Below are positions 1 through 14,900 of a stretch of 64,000 nucleotides of DNA, in pieces. Position 1 is the first letter of the stretch, and every line of letters starts with the position of its first letter. Origin of the DNA: Paraphysomonas bandaiensis (taxonomy: Eukaryota > Protista > Chrysophyceae). The stretch covers positions 1-64,000 of the forward strand of contig CBFFRP010000277.1 of NCBI GenBank assembly GCA_965644295.1, in the 5' to 3' direction. The notes below the pieces were generated by a model. The model saw only the letters and a program-made list of their open reading frames with translations, was not told the DNA's origin and made no database searches. A program made the translations under genes and the position numbers.

Positions 1-795
1 ACAGACTGCCCTCGAAACACGAAGCGATTTGGAGCAATTGTACACCAATCTCTACCTACAAGGTGACATAACCTTTATTGATATGATCACCGCAGGAGGT
101 CGATCAGGCAAAAGGTGTCGAAAAGAAGGCACCGACGAAGTAAACATGAATTCTACTGCTGATGAAAATGAGGTGTGCAGCTATCCCAAATGTGGCAAAC
201 GGGGTCACTCACAGAAATCGTGCTGGAAGAAGAAGAGATCTTAAGATTGCGAAATTAAGAAGGCAGGGAAAGAGTCGTGTTGCTAGGAATCGATCTGAGA
301 GTCGCAGAGACAACAACGAGAGAAGAAAAAAATCAGATGGCTGTTATGTATGTGGAGACACCAGACATCGTGCGTATAAGTGCAAATTTCGTGCTCAAGT
401 ACGTAGTGACTCTGCCCAAGGAGACAAAAACCGGCCATTTTTGGACGAAAAGCCTCACAAAACACTGGAGATTGAAGATCGTTTTGCAGGAGAGAGGAGC
501 AAGAGGAAGATTCGGACTCTGTGAATATGATTATGTATGAGGAACCGCATGATGATTCATGTGTCTCTGAAGAGGTGCTACACACTTCCGATGAACCCGT
601 GTATTTAGACAGCTGTGCCTCTAATAAACTGTTCATTGTTAAGGACAGAAATTTCCTTCATACGGTCAAGAAGGAGGATGGAGATATACAGACAACCAGA
701 GCTGGATCCAGTTTACACTATGAGGAAACTGGAGGCTTTGGCGATTGGACTGACATCAAGGTCTGCCCTGGATCAGTCAAGAATATCTTTTTAAG
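1..795 (+). mobile_element. Degenerate Ty1/copia LTR-retrotransposon gag-protease fragment
   Basis: Two CCHC-type zinc knuckles (CSYPKCGKRGHSQKSC, CYVCGDTRHRAYKC) followed by the copia-type protease motif YLDSCASN. The frame is broken by stops and frameshifts and gives way to AT-rich DNA near 800. Confidence 0.8.
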
Positions 796-1584
796 GACTC
801 ATGTCATTTGCCGCGTAGTATACATTGTAGTCATGCCGTCCATCATAAGAATAAACAAATTATAATTTACTAGAAAACCTACGTCAATTAATTGTTACCC
901 AGCTCTAGGCACACAGCATTCCAATTCTGATTAATATGCATATTAGAGAGTGATTACATTACCGAAATTACTAATTTGATGCCACCTAAAAATAAGATTA
1001 TAAGATATGTATATATTATATTATTTAAGGACATCATACTATTGAAAGAACACGATATTGAATGATATTTCAAGGTCAACACCAATGAAATATTATATGG
1101 AAATCTTGGACTTAGATGTATTCAAGCCTCTGGTGGGTAAGGTGATTGTTTTTGCCACCAATTTCACCTTTCATGTGCAGATATTAAACATGATACTGGA
1201 GATGGGGTTTCACATTTGCAATAATTGACCGCTATTAGCTTCTATCTATCGGAAGTTGCGATTATGCGGGATTGATTCTGACGTGTTGAGTCTAATTCCA
1301 AGTGAAGTAATAACGCATGCCAAGCTTGTGAAAATATTACGGGACGACTAGAAATTATTATTTCAAAGTGAGTGCCGCCTCTTGATATTGTGTACCTGGA
1401 GACAAAATTAAAGGGCTTTACGCTTGTAATATGATTCCTTCGAAACAACTAGCACATTTATGCCATAAAAAGTAAGAATAAAGAACCTGCGCAATATTCG
1501 CATATCATTATATACAAGATATGCGGAGGATACACTGTCTAATCTATTTGTTCGCAACAGAGAACTCTAAACCATATACACGCA

Positions 1585-4500
1585 CTACTTAAAGCTATAT
1601 TCACCATTCATTATGTTCAAAAAAAGGCCATCCCATCCTCTCGTCGTTCGGCGATATTCATGCGTCGCTATAAAGAAATCCACCAAGGCCATCTGGATCA
1701 ATCGACTAGCCACCATTGCCATTAAAAACCATAAAGTATACAATGGAGCATGGTTGGACCACGAAGCATACACAACGAACAGTGTGATAATGGAAAAGCG
1801 GGCCAATCGTGACCAGCATGCATATTGCCTAGCAACCCTTCCAGTGGGAGTGAGGATAATTGATATTAAGCCGATCAAAGGTGACATTACCAATGCAGCA
1901 GGCCAGATAACCATGGGAAGAATGACACCACTGTGGTCGTCACACTCTGTACTATCCCCCCAAATACACCACATATTCATGCATACAACGCATGTGCATC
2001 CTATGTCAGCAACGATTGTCGATAAAATGGCTACGCCTGCTAGCTGCCTGACAATTTTAGACAACGGACTTCTATTGGTACCATGACACAACAATCGTCC
2101 GAGAACTATGAAAATGCCTAAGAAAATTTCAATGTTATGAAGCTGGTGTATCTTTTTCGCACCATTTGCGAGGTACATTGAACTCCCTGAATCTCGAAAC
2201 GGAAACCGGACATCACAGCAGGTTGATAGCAGAGAAAAGTTTCCCGAGTCAACCGTGGGTAACTGAGTTATATCACCAGCTACTACTTTAGTTGGTTTTG
2301 CAGTACATTCGTCCCATTTCCAAACAGACACAGGAAAGAGATGTCCGGATGATATCCGGCTTTCAGCCGCCTCAGAGTTCGCAGCTATTTCTAAAGAATA
2401 CGGTGAAAACGGCCTGAACGGTGTACCTGATTGGTCCGGACTTTTATCGCCATCTGAAATGGAATGACTGAACTCTTTCGATTCAATGGGTCCGCCGTCC
2501 GACTCTATCGGGTTCGACATTTCTACAGATGAAGAATCACCACGATTAGTGGTTGGAGAAAAAGAGACCGATCTAGGCTTGAGATTCTCCGAGTCCATGG
2601 AGATTGCCATACCAGTAGTATCTTTGTTTTCCCCTGGCGTGTCAGAATCCTTGTTATTGTCGCGGGTTTTGTCTGCTTTGCGGACAATTTTGTAGAACTT
2701 CGCCAGTTCATCAGCTCGGTCACCATACGCATCGCGCGCATTTGTCGTCAAACCAACTGAGTCACTACGTTCTCTAACAATATCGGTGCTGTTTCCCGTA
2801 GTGTCTTCATATCCGGCCTTGACACCTGTGTCATGTGCGTTATGTGGTTCCTTTGATGCTTCAGGAGAAAGATGTAGCTCGCACTTGGTAGATAAGTTAT
2901 CAGATAAGACATCCTCAATAGAAGTTGACTCGTGAAATATTACAATGCCAGGAAATCGAGAGCCATTAAATAGTCCATCACACAAATCGCCAAAAGATAA
3001 TTCAGACTCATTCCCTTTGTAATATTTTTCTTCAACTCCCCTGTCCCGCTCATCACCCTCAGTTGGTTCTTTTTGAAACATATCGGCGAAATAATTACGC
3101 CTTAGCATTGCGGAGTTCCTTCCAAAGGTAGATCTCGTATCATCCGCAACTTGGTCATTCGATTTCGGATACTGCCATGACAATATACCGCTTCGTGGAC
3201 GTCGTGATTTATCAGTAGCCTCTACAGGTTGCACATCATCAGATGGTCTAACATTCTGATTCCACATAAATCCCATGAGTCCGCCAGAGTCATTCTTCGA
3301 AAGTTTCTCGGGATGACTACTAGCCACTTGAGCAAACTCCGTCAATTGGCTCCGACTCGAACCCAATTCGGGATCAATTGCATCAGTGGGAGAATTAGCA
3401 GCAGTCATGGACGAACTAGTTCGCTCTGCGGACCGATGAATAAAGCTACAAAAGTGAATTATAAGGCCACCAAGTGTTCCCACTCGCCGTTCATCTGTTA
3501 AAAACTTCAGTAACTTCGGTAAATCTGAGCGTAGCCTATGCCTCCGAATCGTTTTGAGCAAACTATTCAGTTCAATAACAAATATCATCCAGGCCTTGTC
3601 GATAAAAACAGATATCTCGCTTGACTGAGATATAGCTTGCACTAGAACGTCGTTGGTATCAATATACCACGGGGAAAAGTAGGTACCATGCCCGCATATT
3701 CTGAGAACAATAGGAAAGCGGGGTTGTCCAAGTCTGCTCTGCGGTCGAAGCAGTGATTGAGTTCCTTCGTCACAAAGGATATCCACATACGCAACCGTAA
3801 GGTCAGGTGATATCCCTACTCTAAGGGAATTGAGCAGTTCCCGCTGGCGATTACTCTTAAAGAAGGAATAGTTACATGTCGCGATTAAGTCCATCAGCAA
3901 CTTAGATTTTTTCAAACGGCACCAAAGCTGCAGCAGTAGTGTGAACACAGCATACAAATCATAGGTTACATACCATATACTCATCAGCGTACGGCGGAAA
4001 GCACAAAGACAACAAAGAGAAGATCCATGCATCCCAGCCAAACGCATCCCAGTACAAAACGCTATTTACATGAGTTACAAACGCATCATACTCAGGTTTT
4101 CTTAGCATTGGTCGCAAAGGGTACGGAATTTCGAGCGGCCAATGCCACGGTCCACCTGCACCATTTAAATTCACGCTCAGTGTACGAAATATATGTTCAC
4201 CACAATGACCTTCGTATAAAAATGGACTGTTACTTCCCCATAAATATATGCGAGCGGCATGATGAGGTAGATCTTTATCTGCCATGCGATTCTGCACTCT
4301 GAGCTCCTGAAATGATAACACTTCCCTTCCGCTCTGCAAACGAACTGCGACGCAGTTACATGCAATCCAAAATCAACAAGCCAAACATACCACGCGTATC
4401 TATAGGGGCCTGCAGACTTTTGGTGCGATTATTACGCGGAGACGGAGAAACTGCAGAATCAACTGACTTTTCGAAAAGAAGGTTTTCGCCGAGAACAGGA

Positions 4501-7500
4501 TTCATCCAAGTACTTGACGAACCATCTGAAGAAAAAATACTTCCAAATATATGGTTTTTCTTTTCCAGTTGATTTTTCTGGTTATATTTTCGAATATTTC
4601 TTTGAGTTCTAACGATTAAGAGCGGAACAAACAATAGAAAACATGAGGATATCACTATTGCAATGAATGCGTTTTCTCCTCCTATCCGCCTCATAAATTT
4701 TTGAAGCGGCGTGATACAATCACTCCCGACATAGCTTGAATCGCATTCATAATCGCATTTATGCGACGTCATACCATTCGTAGTATAGTCGGAATGAGTT
4801 GGCTTGTTCTTGCAGGTTTTGCACTCCTCGCCATTATACCCTTCCTTGTAGAGTCCCACCTCGCACTCAAAGCATATACTGTAAGTCGCATATGTATTAC
4901 CAATGCCCGGTGCACAGATGGGCCACTCGATTATACCAGATTCTCCTACCTCCGGGTAGGTAGGGGAAGTATAGAACTGTGCGACCTGTGCGGAAGCGAT
5001 TCCACCACCAGTAAGATTCATGACACCGCCGAATGTGTAAGAGTTTGAATCACCAAGGTTATCCATGACCACTACACCTCCTCCACCGCCACCACCGCCA
5101 CTCTCACCACCAAGGCCTCCGAGAGCTTCAACGACACCAGACCCAGTTAAGCTTACTGCAAACAAAGCCACCATGCCACCAGATCCACCTCCTCCGTTGC
5201 TCGAAGCAGCCCCACCATTCGCAGATAAAACACCATCCAAAACTATAGAATTCGACGAATTGACCATAATCAAACCACCCCCCGCACTGAAATTGCTTGG
5301 TGCTTCCATTAAAGCACCTCCACCACTGCCCACAGAGAAAGAATCAACTCCAGTGGAGTACGTTACTCCACCAGGAGATGATGACGACCCAGCTCCACCA
5401 CCCCCTCCAAAACCACCACCCCCTCCTCCTCCACTCTGCGACGACTGTGGAGGTGTTCCAGCCCCAAGACCATTATTGGCTGGACACCCTCTGGCATCGG
5501 TTGAAAGTGTCGCATTCTCCCTGATATATATATGGGGCGAACAGAAAAATATCACGGTCGCAGCAATGCTTACATCACTACCTACTACAATCGAGTGTAC
5601 ACTTGCCAAAGTGACAGAATTAAGTGCCCCAGTCAAGAATTGTGTTCCTGTTGTATTACTGTAAAAGTTTGAACATGACAAATATTCCGTACTCATAGTA
5701 TCAAAGCAACTGGAAAGGTTGTATATAGAAGGAACACCGAGGAAAGGACCATGAATGTATATAAAGGTCGAACCTATAAATATATTTTGTGCACGCGCGG
5801 AAGTTATGGACACGTTGTATGTCTGAATTATCAGTCCCACCAGGCTACCAAGTTTAGAGTACGCACTGCAATACGAAGGAGGGTATATCTGATCCATTTC
5901 ACCGTCCAGTGTAACCCGAGAAGATGCATATACTGTCGCAACGCAACCGTAGCTAGCCACGGAATCTACATTCACTATGAACTCTTTTGAGTCAATATAA
6001 AGATAAAACGGAACATCTAGACGTGACTGGTGTAAAACAGAAACTGAATCTGCGGACAGCTCAATCCCTGTAGAACCTATAGAGTCACCAGATAGGCGAT
6101 AGAGACTAACCACTACTGAATTTATCGAAGTAATATACGAATGACATTGCGAGCGAGAAGGGCATTGCTGTGTTAATTTCAACTTCTTCACAGCAACAGT
6201 AGCGCGATTCTGTAGTCCTACTCCTTTCAACTGAGCGGCGAGTGAGGGGTCCTCAATGACTGTTGCGGCATCAGCAACTTGGTTATTGTTGTCAACAATA
6301 AGGATAGCCGTATTGTAGTTGTTAGGGACAGTTGTGAGGACCGTGGAATAGACAGCTGTGCCACCAGCACCCGACAGACAAGAATCATCATCTACAGCCC
6401 CCCCCTGGTAAGAAAATACCGCCCCTGTGAAATCAAATGTTTTGTACTAATAACAGGCGTTAATTGGCCAAATGGAATATAAAAAAACGGTATCACCTGC
6501 AAATAAATCCTTCCGCCCCCTCCAGCTGCAATTTCATAAGCCTTGGATCCATCCCCACCAACCGCTGACAGCTCCGCGCCAACGGCAACCAGGTTATTGC
6601 ACAGGATACTTATAGAGCCTCCTGATCCACTGCCTAACCCAGGATTAGGGCTTGTGGCTCCATCAGTCATAATATGCCCCTGTGTGATATTAACCACACC
6701 TCCTCTTAGAACCACCATTCCACCTCCAGTACCTCCTGTATCCCCAGAGTCACTCACCCCTCCTCCGGATCCGGAGACAACGCCCCCTCCACCAGTATAG
6801 TTAGTTGCAATTAGATCGATTGTGACATTCGCGCTGCCGATCTGAAATAACACGTCTTACAATCTGGGGCAAATATATTTCGGCAAGGATAACATCACGC
6901 ACCTGGTAGTCATAATTTGAATATATATCTCCGGGAGTGCATGATGGGTCGCCACCACTACCACCATATGTACCACCCAGACCGGAGCCTCCACCTGAGC
7001 CTGCCCCTTCAATAGGCCCTCTACCACTTGTTATAAGCGTTCCCTGAGCTTTTATACCATTTACAGCAAACATACTTATGAAATCAGCCTAAAGGGAGCA
7101 GGTCAGAAGAAGTTATATGCACATCATTATATATTTTATTTACGCACCGTGATTGTGGTGCCCAGGTCAATGTGAATGGAGCGGTTGGCGTATACGACGA
7201 AGCCACAACTCGGGTCGACAATAATATTAGTGCCACTCAAAACGGCGAAAGTGTCTACTTCGTATGTACAATGCGAGTCAGATGAACACTTTGTTCACAA
7301 CATGAGACGACAGAGTGTGCATATCGGTTCGCGTACCTCTAGATTAACAGTCTCAGAGAAAAACTCACATATACCGTCTTCAATTTTCTGACACTCTCCA
7401 CATTGCATAGATCGGGGCATGGCCTGTAGAGTAGGGATGATCGTAGGAGAACTAGGTGCAAATGACGGGGGCGCACTGGGTGCGAATGACGGCACGAACG

Positions 7501-7910
7501 ATGGAACCGCACTGGGAGTGCCACTTGGACTGGTGGGAAGAAAAGTAGGAACACACGTTGGACTTCTAGTTGGTTTTCTTGTGGGGTTACAAGTAGGCAT
7601 AAATGTCGGCTCAGTGGTAGGTACATAAGTTGGACTTCTAGTTGGATTTCTTGTAGGAGGTAAACTGGGTGTCACACTTGGTACATGTGTGGGGAATGCA
7701 GTAGGCTCAGGAGTTGGAAATTCAGTTGGAGAAAGCGTTGGAGAAAGAGTTGGGGCGGGGGAAGGATTAGAAGTTTGAGTCGGTGTGTTTGTGGGGGCCG
7801 ATGTTCCATAAATTTCCTGATTACATATCAGCACATGAGGTAAAACGTATGGGGTTACTAACAATAATTAAAATCGACAGCGTCAGCCCTAAACAAAAAC
7901 ACCGATTCAT
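1585..7910 (-). CDS. Large multi-exon secreted/membrane glycine-rich protein (plant At4g32920/At5g11700-like): signal peptide, PT-rich mucin stalk, GGxGG repeats, Cys-rich domain, TM, C-terminal multi-TM region
   Basis: ATG at 7910 (MNRCFCLGLTLSILII). ORF pieces 7295-7864, 6801-7073, 6392-6853, 4356-6230, 3959-4339 and 1585-4047 join via short GT-AG introns. Family motifs: GGGGGGRI, CKNKP...CDYEC...CITPLQ, RIYLWGSNSP...GPWH, SPDLTVAYVDIL...RFPIVL..GHGTYFSPW. Confidence 0.8.
7420..7800 (-). repeat. PT/PS-rich tetrapeptide repeat (mucin-like stalk) within the gene
   Basis: PTxx/PSxx repeats (PTLSPTEFPTPEPTAFPTHV...PSFAPSAPPSFAPS) in ORF 7295-7864. Confidence 0.85.
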
Positions 7911-8987
7911 TCAAAGTAAACACGAATATAGTCGACTAGCACTATGTAGTGGAATATAACTGAAATTAATTGATTGGCTTTGAAATGTTGTCAGTTGAAC
8001 AGGCTAGTTACTATGCCTCAACACGAATATGAGCAACTTCTCAGTTCTGTTGGAACTTATAATCACAAGGGTACGATGTTTTCAACGCACTATGATTTAT
8101 ATGGCCCGAGTGACCAGAGATGAATTGAGCTCTATTTATAACCATGTGCAGCTCAGCTGATCAATGGAAAGATTTTATTGGCAAGACATGATGAGGTGCG
8201 TGTGCTCAACTACAGCACACAGCAGTGCTATACATTGGTGGCCACTGCATCCAGAGCCAAAAATAGGTGCAAATATGCAAATACTTCGTAAAATGGTTTA
8301 TACAAATACCCCCACTTTCTTTACAATACTAGATCTCTGTAGGAATATCTAGACCAGTCCTGCTGCTCCTCCTGCTCTATAGTGCTGTACACAGCAGTAT
8401 GCAGATCTTCTCCACAAACTGAAAAAATACATTTTTCACATTCAACTCAACTTATTGGAAATGACGAACGTGAGTTTTGACATCATTTCGATTTTAAAGA
8501 CACCACAAGGCCAAGCTACTATTCATTGTGAATTGGCAATATCAATGGTATTTATGATGGAATGGTCACTAACCGGTTAACTGGTTTGTAATCTCTGTTC
8601 CATTTATAGTAAGTTATTGTTCCAAATCAAGTTAGAGGTATCTGAAAAGTACCAGTTTCCCACTAAAATATATCTAAAAAACCGAATTTATAATTTTTAC
8701 TATGTATTTATACTCATACCGTTTTAGCAATGTCCAAATTTTTGGATGATGAACTGAATGCTGAAGAGGACGTAGGGAGGAGAACTCCTCGACTCATATG
8801 ATGTTCAAGCGTCCTGTGAGGGGGTGAAATCTTCCCATATAAACTCCACAGCAATACCATCCTGTCTGTTAGTTGCATATATTCTTATATGATATATATT
8901 TCTTTCTGGACGATTGTGTCTAGAGAACTATATCGTTATGATGATTTAATTTGAAGACTGAGACAGTGATTAGATCGGATCCTCATC

Positions 8988-11900
8988 ATGGAGAAGTCGT
9001 ATAACACAGCGAGAGATTTCTGTGTCCAGAGAAATAAGGACAAGTTCGCGAACTATATGCGTTTCTTCCCTCCAAAGACCAGGGAGAAATTGAGCACTAT
9101 GGTTGATGCGGTGAGTGCAGTTGAGTAGATTGATTCAACTTGTTTCATTTTGTCGCAGGATGGTAAAACTCTCATCAGACACGCCCTTCAAAGCCGGGCA
9201 CTGAATATTGTAGAGTATATGCTAGAGTCTAAATTTATAGGCGAACATATAGATGACATTTTAGATGATTGTGCTGCACAAGAGGACTGCGAGGCGCTAA
9301 CAGTTTTTATGCGCCAGCGTCCGAATGTCTTCACGGTAAGAAGCATGAATTTAAAACTGCGTGTGACGAAATGTAATATTGTATACAGCAAGATATGAAA
9401 GCACGACTTATTGACCAATCTGGTGGAAGTTTTGCTGTGATTAATACGTTCAACGTTTATGATTGTAAATTCGGTCACACCCAAAGAGATATGCGCCATT
9501 CCCGTAATGACCACACGAACAGTACATCCCAATCTGGGATGGACGATAGCATGAGTACGGCGTCTATGTATAGTGCTCATGACTACGATGCGGAAACTTA
9601 CCACAAGGACAGCCAGTCAACTCATGTTAATGCTGGAGGTGTTGATATTGAGGTTAGTCACACATTCCGTAAACATGATGCTGCCCGACAGAACAACCCG
9701 ACACTATTGGGGATCTCATTAGGAGGACAGAGACAGTCGAATACCTCTGCCCGGGCTTCCAATTCCCCTGTGCTCCCAGTACATGCTGAATCATCTAATG
9801 TCGATGGGTGGACTAGCACCCGCACCGAAACAGACGACAGTAGAGAGCATCCTTCGTTTACTAAAGCGAGTGCAGTACATGACGGTCAATGGGACCGCGA
9901 TCCAATGCCTCACAAATATACTGCTAGCAATATGGCTTCTGTTGCTACTTCGTACCAAGGTGATTCTGCATTTGGTCCAGTTAATCATGTCCTTCCCACT
10001 GGGAGTAAGTACGACCAGTACAGGCATGTTACTACAGACATACATATGCCGAATCCTGTCGAACCGGATACGACAGTAACTTGTACCGCGAAAAGCGTTG
10101 CCTCCGAGTGCGAGACAGAAACATACCCTATTGATAGTAGTACTCATAGCAAGACGTCATTAAATGTGTCACCCACGCACCACACAGAGACACTTCCAGC
10201 AGCCGCTTCACTCTGTTCAGATAAGGTCTCACACACGACTGCTTCAGACCAAAACAGTTCTATCAAACGAACTGATATGTGCTCATCTGTTGTTTCTAGT
10301 GATATAACCACAGAATCTCTAAAGGCGATTGCGGACACGCGTAGCAACACTGCATTGCAGGGGAAAGGAAAATACAGCACTGTAGTCACCTCCACAGCTG
10401 CGGTTCGAGGAGATAAGGATCAGGAGGAAACCCGCTCGAAGCGTGTGAAAGATAGAATAAAGTCATTCGAAGGACTTACTGATACGGCAGCTACATCAAA
10501 TACACCAAATTCAGCGAAACCTACGGGTGACACGAGGCGCGAAGCACCACAAGGAAAATGTAATGATCAAGCGTCGAATTCGATTTCAAATGTAAGTTCT
10601 AAAGGTGTTAAATTTGTGAAAGTTAAGACAAAGAGTACCAAGAAATTAGAAAAGAGTGATGTAAATGAAAATGCGGAAGCTGACAAGACTAAACCGCAAC
10701 AGACCCGGAAGGTTTCTTTTAGTGAGATTGAAGAGAATCCTGAAAACGTTTCAACCGGTAGCATCAAATCAGAAAGCACACCCGAAGATAGCCTAACAGT
10801 TGCGGAAAGAAAACTGACTAGTGTGTACTTCAAAATGGCGAAGTTGGGTATACCATCGACCCATATTCACCAGAAGATGTCCCTCGATGGCCTTCCTCTT
10901 TCACTGTGCGAGAAAGTGATGATTGCCATGGGAACCACTGGAACAGAAACACAACCGGGAACACCAGAGAAGATTGGGAAGGATGTACGTCGCAGTGCCA
11001 CCTTGACGTCGAGAAAAAAATTGCTCCGACTTCATTGGAAGCCTTTGAATGCGAGTTCTCTGTCTGCATCGTCGTTATGGTCGGCTTCTGCTTTGGATGA
11101 GGAGAGTATTTCACCTGACGTAGACGAGATAGATGAAATAGAGAAAATTTTCGGGGCAGTTCCACACAAGACCCTTACATCCAAGTCCAAGGTAAAATTT
11201 GGGACTTGTAACTCCGCCCATATGCCCAAGGTGCTGGATCCACAGCGGTCTACCAATATATCAATTGGAATTGCAAATTTTAGAAAAGTTGGGTCGATGC
11301 GATGCATTCTGAATGGAGTGTGCAGCTTGAATGATATGCGGAGACAGCTCACAGTCGACAGGTTGCTGAATCTTTCAGCTATGATGCCTTCGATTGCGGA
11401 GGCTAAGGCATTGCAGAGTGTAGACACTCTTAATAAGGCTGAGATGTTTTGCAAATTAGCGATGGAGTATTATCCACACCTTGCTGGACGTCTGTCATGT
11501 TTCTTAACATTATCTCAGTTTGAAGAAACACAGGCATCTGTACTTCCAAAAATGCAGCTATTTGTCAATGCGTTGGACAACATTATGCAGAGCAAGCGGC
11601 TTGCTCTTATATTAAACAAAATTCTTGTGATTGGAAACACTCTAAATGAAGGCACTGCAATGGGATCAGCGGCCGGATTTACTATTGGATCTCTTGCCCA
11701 CGCAATGACGCTGAGAGGCGGCTCTGATAAGAAAGTGTCTGTGTTAGACTTTGTTGTGAAAACACTTCGAAGAAAAGGACATGATGACATACTGCAAGTA
11801 GTAAAAGACATTGAATTGGTGGATGATGTGTGCAAGTTATCAGTCCTTGCTATTACTAGCGAAGCAAGCGAAGCGGATAGAGAGTACGAGGACCTCAAGT

Positions 11901-14900
11901 GCCAACTCAAAATCGCAGAGGATTATTTGCTGTTTTATTACCAGGCGGCATTGGAATCCTGGCAGCAAGCGACGACTCTGGGGTCGAAGTATGTGGTCAA
12001 GGAAGAAGATATCGTGGACACTCCTTTTGGGCCTGGCACAGTTAAGGAAATACGGCCGAATGATATTCTAAAGGTGCGGCCATCTAAATGGCACTTGGTT
12101 GGTGAAGTGGCACACTCTATGTTCCTTCATAAAGATGAAGTATCAGTCAGGTCTCCTTTTGTAGTTGGGGATATCGTTGAAACCCACCATGGTCCAGGCA
12201 CTGTGGTAGAGATACGTCAACAAGATAGTATTGCTGTAATTCAGCCACTGACCTGGAATAAATCGTCAGTCAATACTCCTGTTGTGTACGAACCAATAGT
12301 TGGTTTACGACCTCTCTATGACCAGTCTGATTACGCTGTGATGCCGTCAAGTGATTCAGATATGCCAAAACTTACAAGAAGATTCATAAATACTTTACGG
12401 GCTTTCATTAATTCTTCAAGCGAAAAAATTGTTGAAATGAAGCGGCTAAAAGAGAAAGTAGAATGTAAAGTGCAGGAGATCTCAGCGTATTTCGGAGAGC
12501 ACAATGACGACGGCGTCAACATAAATGAAATGCTGGAAGTGTTGAGGGCGTTCAGATATGCTTTGCTGCCCTTGTATGAAGCACAAGAAAAGGAAAAGGC
12601 GAAAATTGAAGCACACAAAGCATCATCGGCTTCAGCTACTCAAAGTGATTATGTCAATGGGTCACGGCATACTCGATGTGCACCGTCGAAGATGAATTGG
12701 AAACATAGAATAGTAGAGAATAAGAAGTACAGAAATCCTTATTGTTTGCGCACAGGAATGAGGATTTTGGAAATGACACGGCCTATGGTGCGGATTGAGA
12801 GAAGAGTACCCCGACTTGTAATCGCAAAATACCGCAAGAAACTGCGCTCTGTTACAACCATTCTCGAAACACCTGTTGCTCATACCAGTGATAGTGTTGT
12901 ATCGAAGTCAGCACTTCAGGCGTGGGCAGATGAAGAAGTCACAGCAATGAAATCAGTGAAACCCCTGTTTGTTACGGTTGCAGAAGATTCTTCTGATAGC
13001 AGCTCTGATGAAACGTCAAGTTCCTCAGATATCGATGAATTTGATCACTTTGATGATTATGAGAAGTGGCTAAACCAGTATTATGATGATCTCAAAGCTG
13101 AGGCAGCAACACGTGGTCGCACAGCTTCCGGTAGTCTGATGTTTCCTGCGGCTGTTGATGTCACTCCTTCTGAAGTCAAGCGATGTTTTAATCCTTCTAC
13201 AGCACTCATGTCAGGCGAAGGTTGGAGCGCGCATGCTAGCAAAGTCCTTGGATTTGTGGATCGCCTGAATTTCATTCACACAAAAAAGATTGATCAAAAA
13301 AAGTCTTCAGCTTTGACTCAATCGAATGTGCCTGAAAAATTTAAAGACTTTTCGTTTGCAGACAACATCGAAGAATTAGTAACTAGAAGAGAGAAATTTG
13401 GGCCTCAAGCCCTTACCTCTTATGAATTGGAGGCGCTTGATTACTTTTATTCCAACAATTTGGTTGGGAGCAGGGACGTGCCCGATGATAGTAGCGAGCC
13501 GTTAATTTTACAAGGGGCCGATATGATGTTACAATCTCATGTCCATGGGTATTCAACACCTCGGCGGAACTCCTATAGTTCGGATACAGAAATGCCATTA
13601 TCACCTGAGAAATTTAGTGGATTTTCGTTTGAAGGTAATATATCTGAGCTGGTATCCAGGCGGGATAGATACGGAGAAGACTCCCTCACATCCGTGGAAT
13701 TGGAAGCTTTGCAATACTATGAGGACAATACCGATGCTAAATCGAAAACTGCGTTGACCGAGAGAGTAGATACATTTGATGTCCCTGTGTTAGACGTAAA
13801 CCTACAAAAGGAGTGTAGTGACCAGTTTTCAGCTTTGCGGTCGCTGCTACAAAATGATACGACTGAAAGAGCCGATAGCTCTAGTCCCCAATATATAGTA
13901 GTGGATGACAGTGATGCTCTGTCTAATAGATTCAAAGGATTTTCGTTCTCGGACAACCTCATGGAGTTGGTGCGAAGACGAGATTTGTGCGGTGAGGAGT
14001 CGCTTACATCTGTGGAGCTGGAGGCACTAGAATATTATGCAGATGTCATTGAAAACTGTGTTGTGAGAGCGGACAATGCGCCAGATGCAATGGACGAAAA
14101 TACCACAGTGATACCATCAACCGATGCGAACGCTATTCGGTCAGCTACGGACTCTGTGCACACCCTTCTTGAGCATGTGAAGCAACGCTCTAGCTACTTG
14201 CAGTCAGTCGATGTCGATGACAATTTAGACCCCGACACCGACTATTTGCTGGAGGTAATACGAGCACGTGTCAATGCAGAGAAGCTGATGGCTTCAACAC
14301 GGCACTTGTTAGAGTCTGAATCTGATGATGACGTAAAAGATGAGGCAGAGAGAATAATGATACGTATAGAGAGAGAAAGAGAAATAGAGGTTCGTGAGTT
14401 ATTAGAGCGACTCGACCGAGAATTAGCTGAATCCGCCGATATTCCGCGTGAGGATAGTGAGGACTCTTGTGCTGACGCAATGAGCACATGTCTTGACGCG
14501 GATAATACAGCTAACTCTGAAGTAGAGGGGAAGAGTAGTGTATCCACACCCAATGATCATCAGGAGGAAAAACTATCTATAGCGCAATCCTCTGCTGCTG
14601 ATGCCAGGGCCATAGTATGTAGTGAAGAAGGAATAACAATTCCAAATGAAGTAGAATCCGATCATTCTGGCAGTGTGAGTGTAGATGCCGATGTCGGTGC
14701 GGCCAATGAGGATGAGATTGTCGGTGCAGAAGTGGTGCCCATCGATGATGAGTGTACCTCTACACCATCGCGGGACGACGGGGACTCAAACACTGATTCT
14801 ATTACCCCAGCTGATGAAAGTACGGCCAGTAATTTTGAACATATATCAGAATCACCTGTAGCTAATGCCAGTAGTGAAGAAGGAATAACAATTCCAAATG

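Noticed and set aside
5065-5664. Polyproline ORF that could be a formin FH1
   Set aside because: Antisense shadow of Gly-rich codons in the minus-strand gene.
7289-7336. In-frame TGA (7295-7297) suggesting selenocysteine or readthrough
   Set aside because: It lies inside a 48-nt GT...AG intron (gtacgc...aacaaag) whose removal restores the frame.
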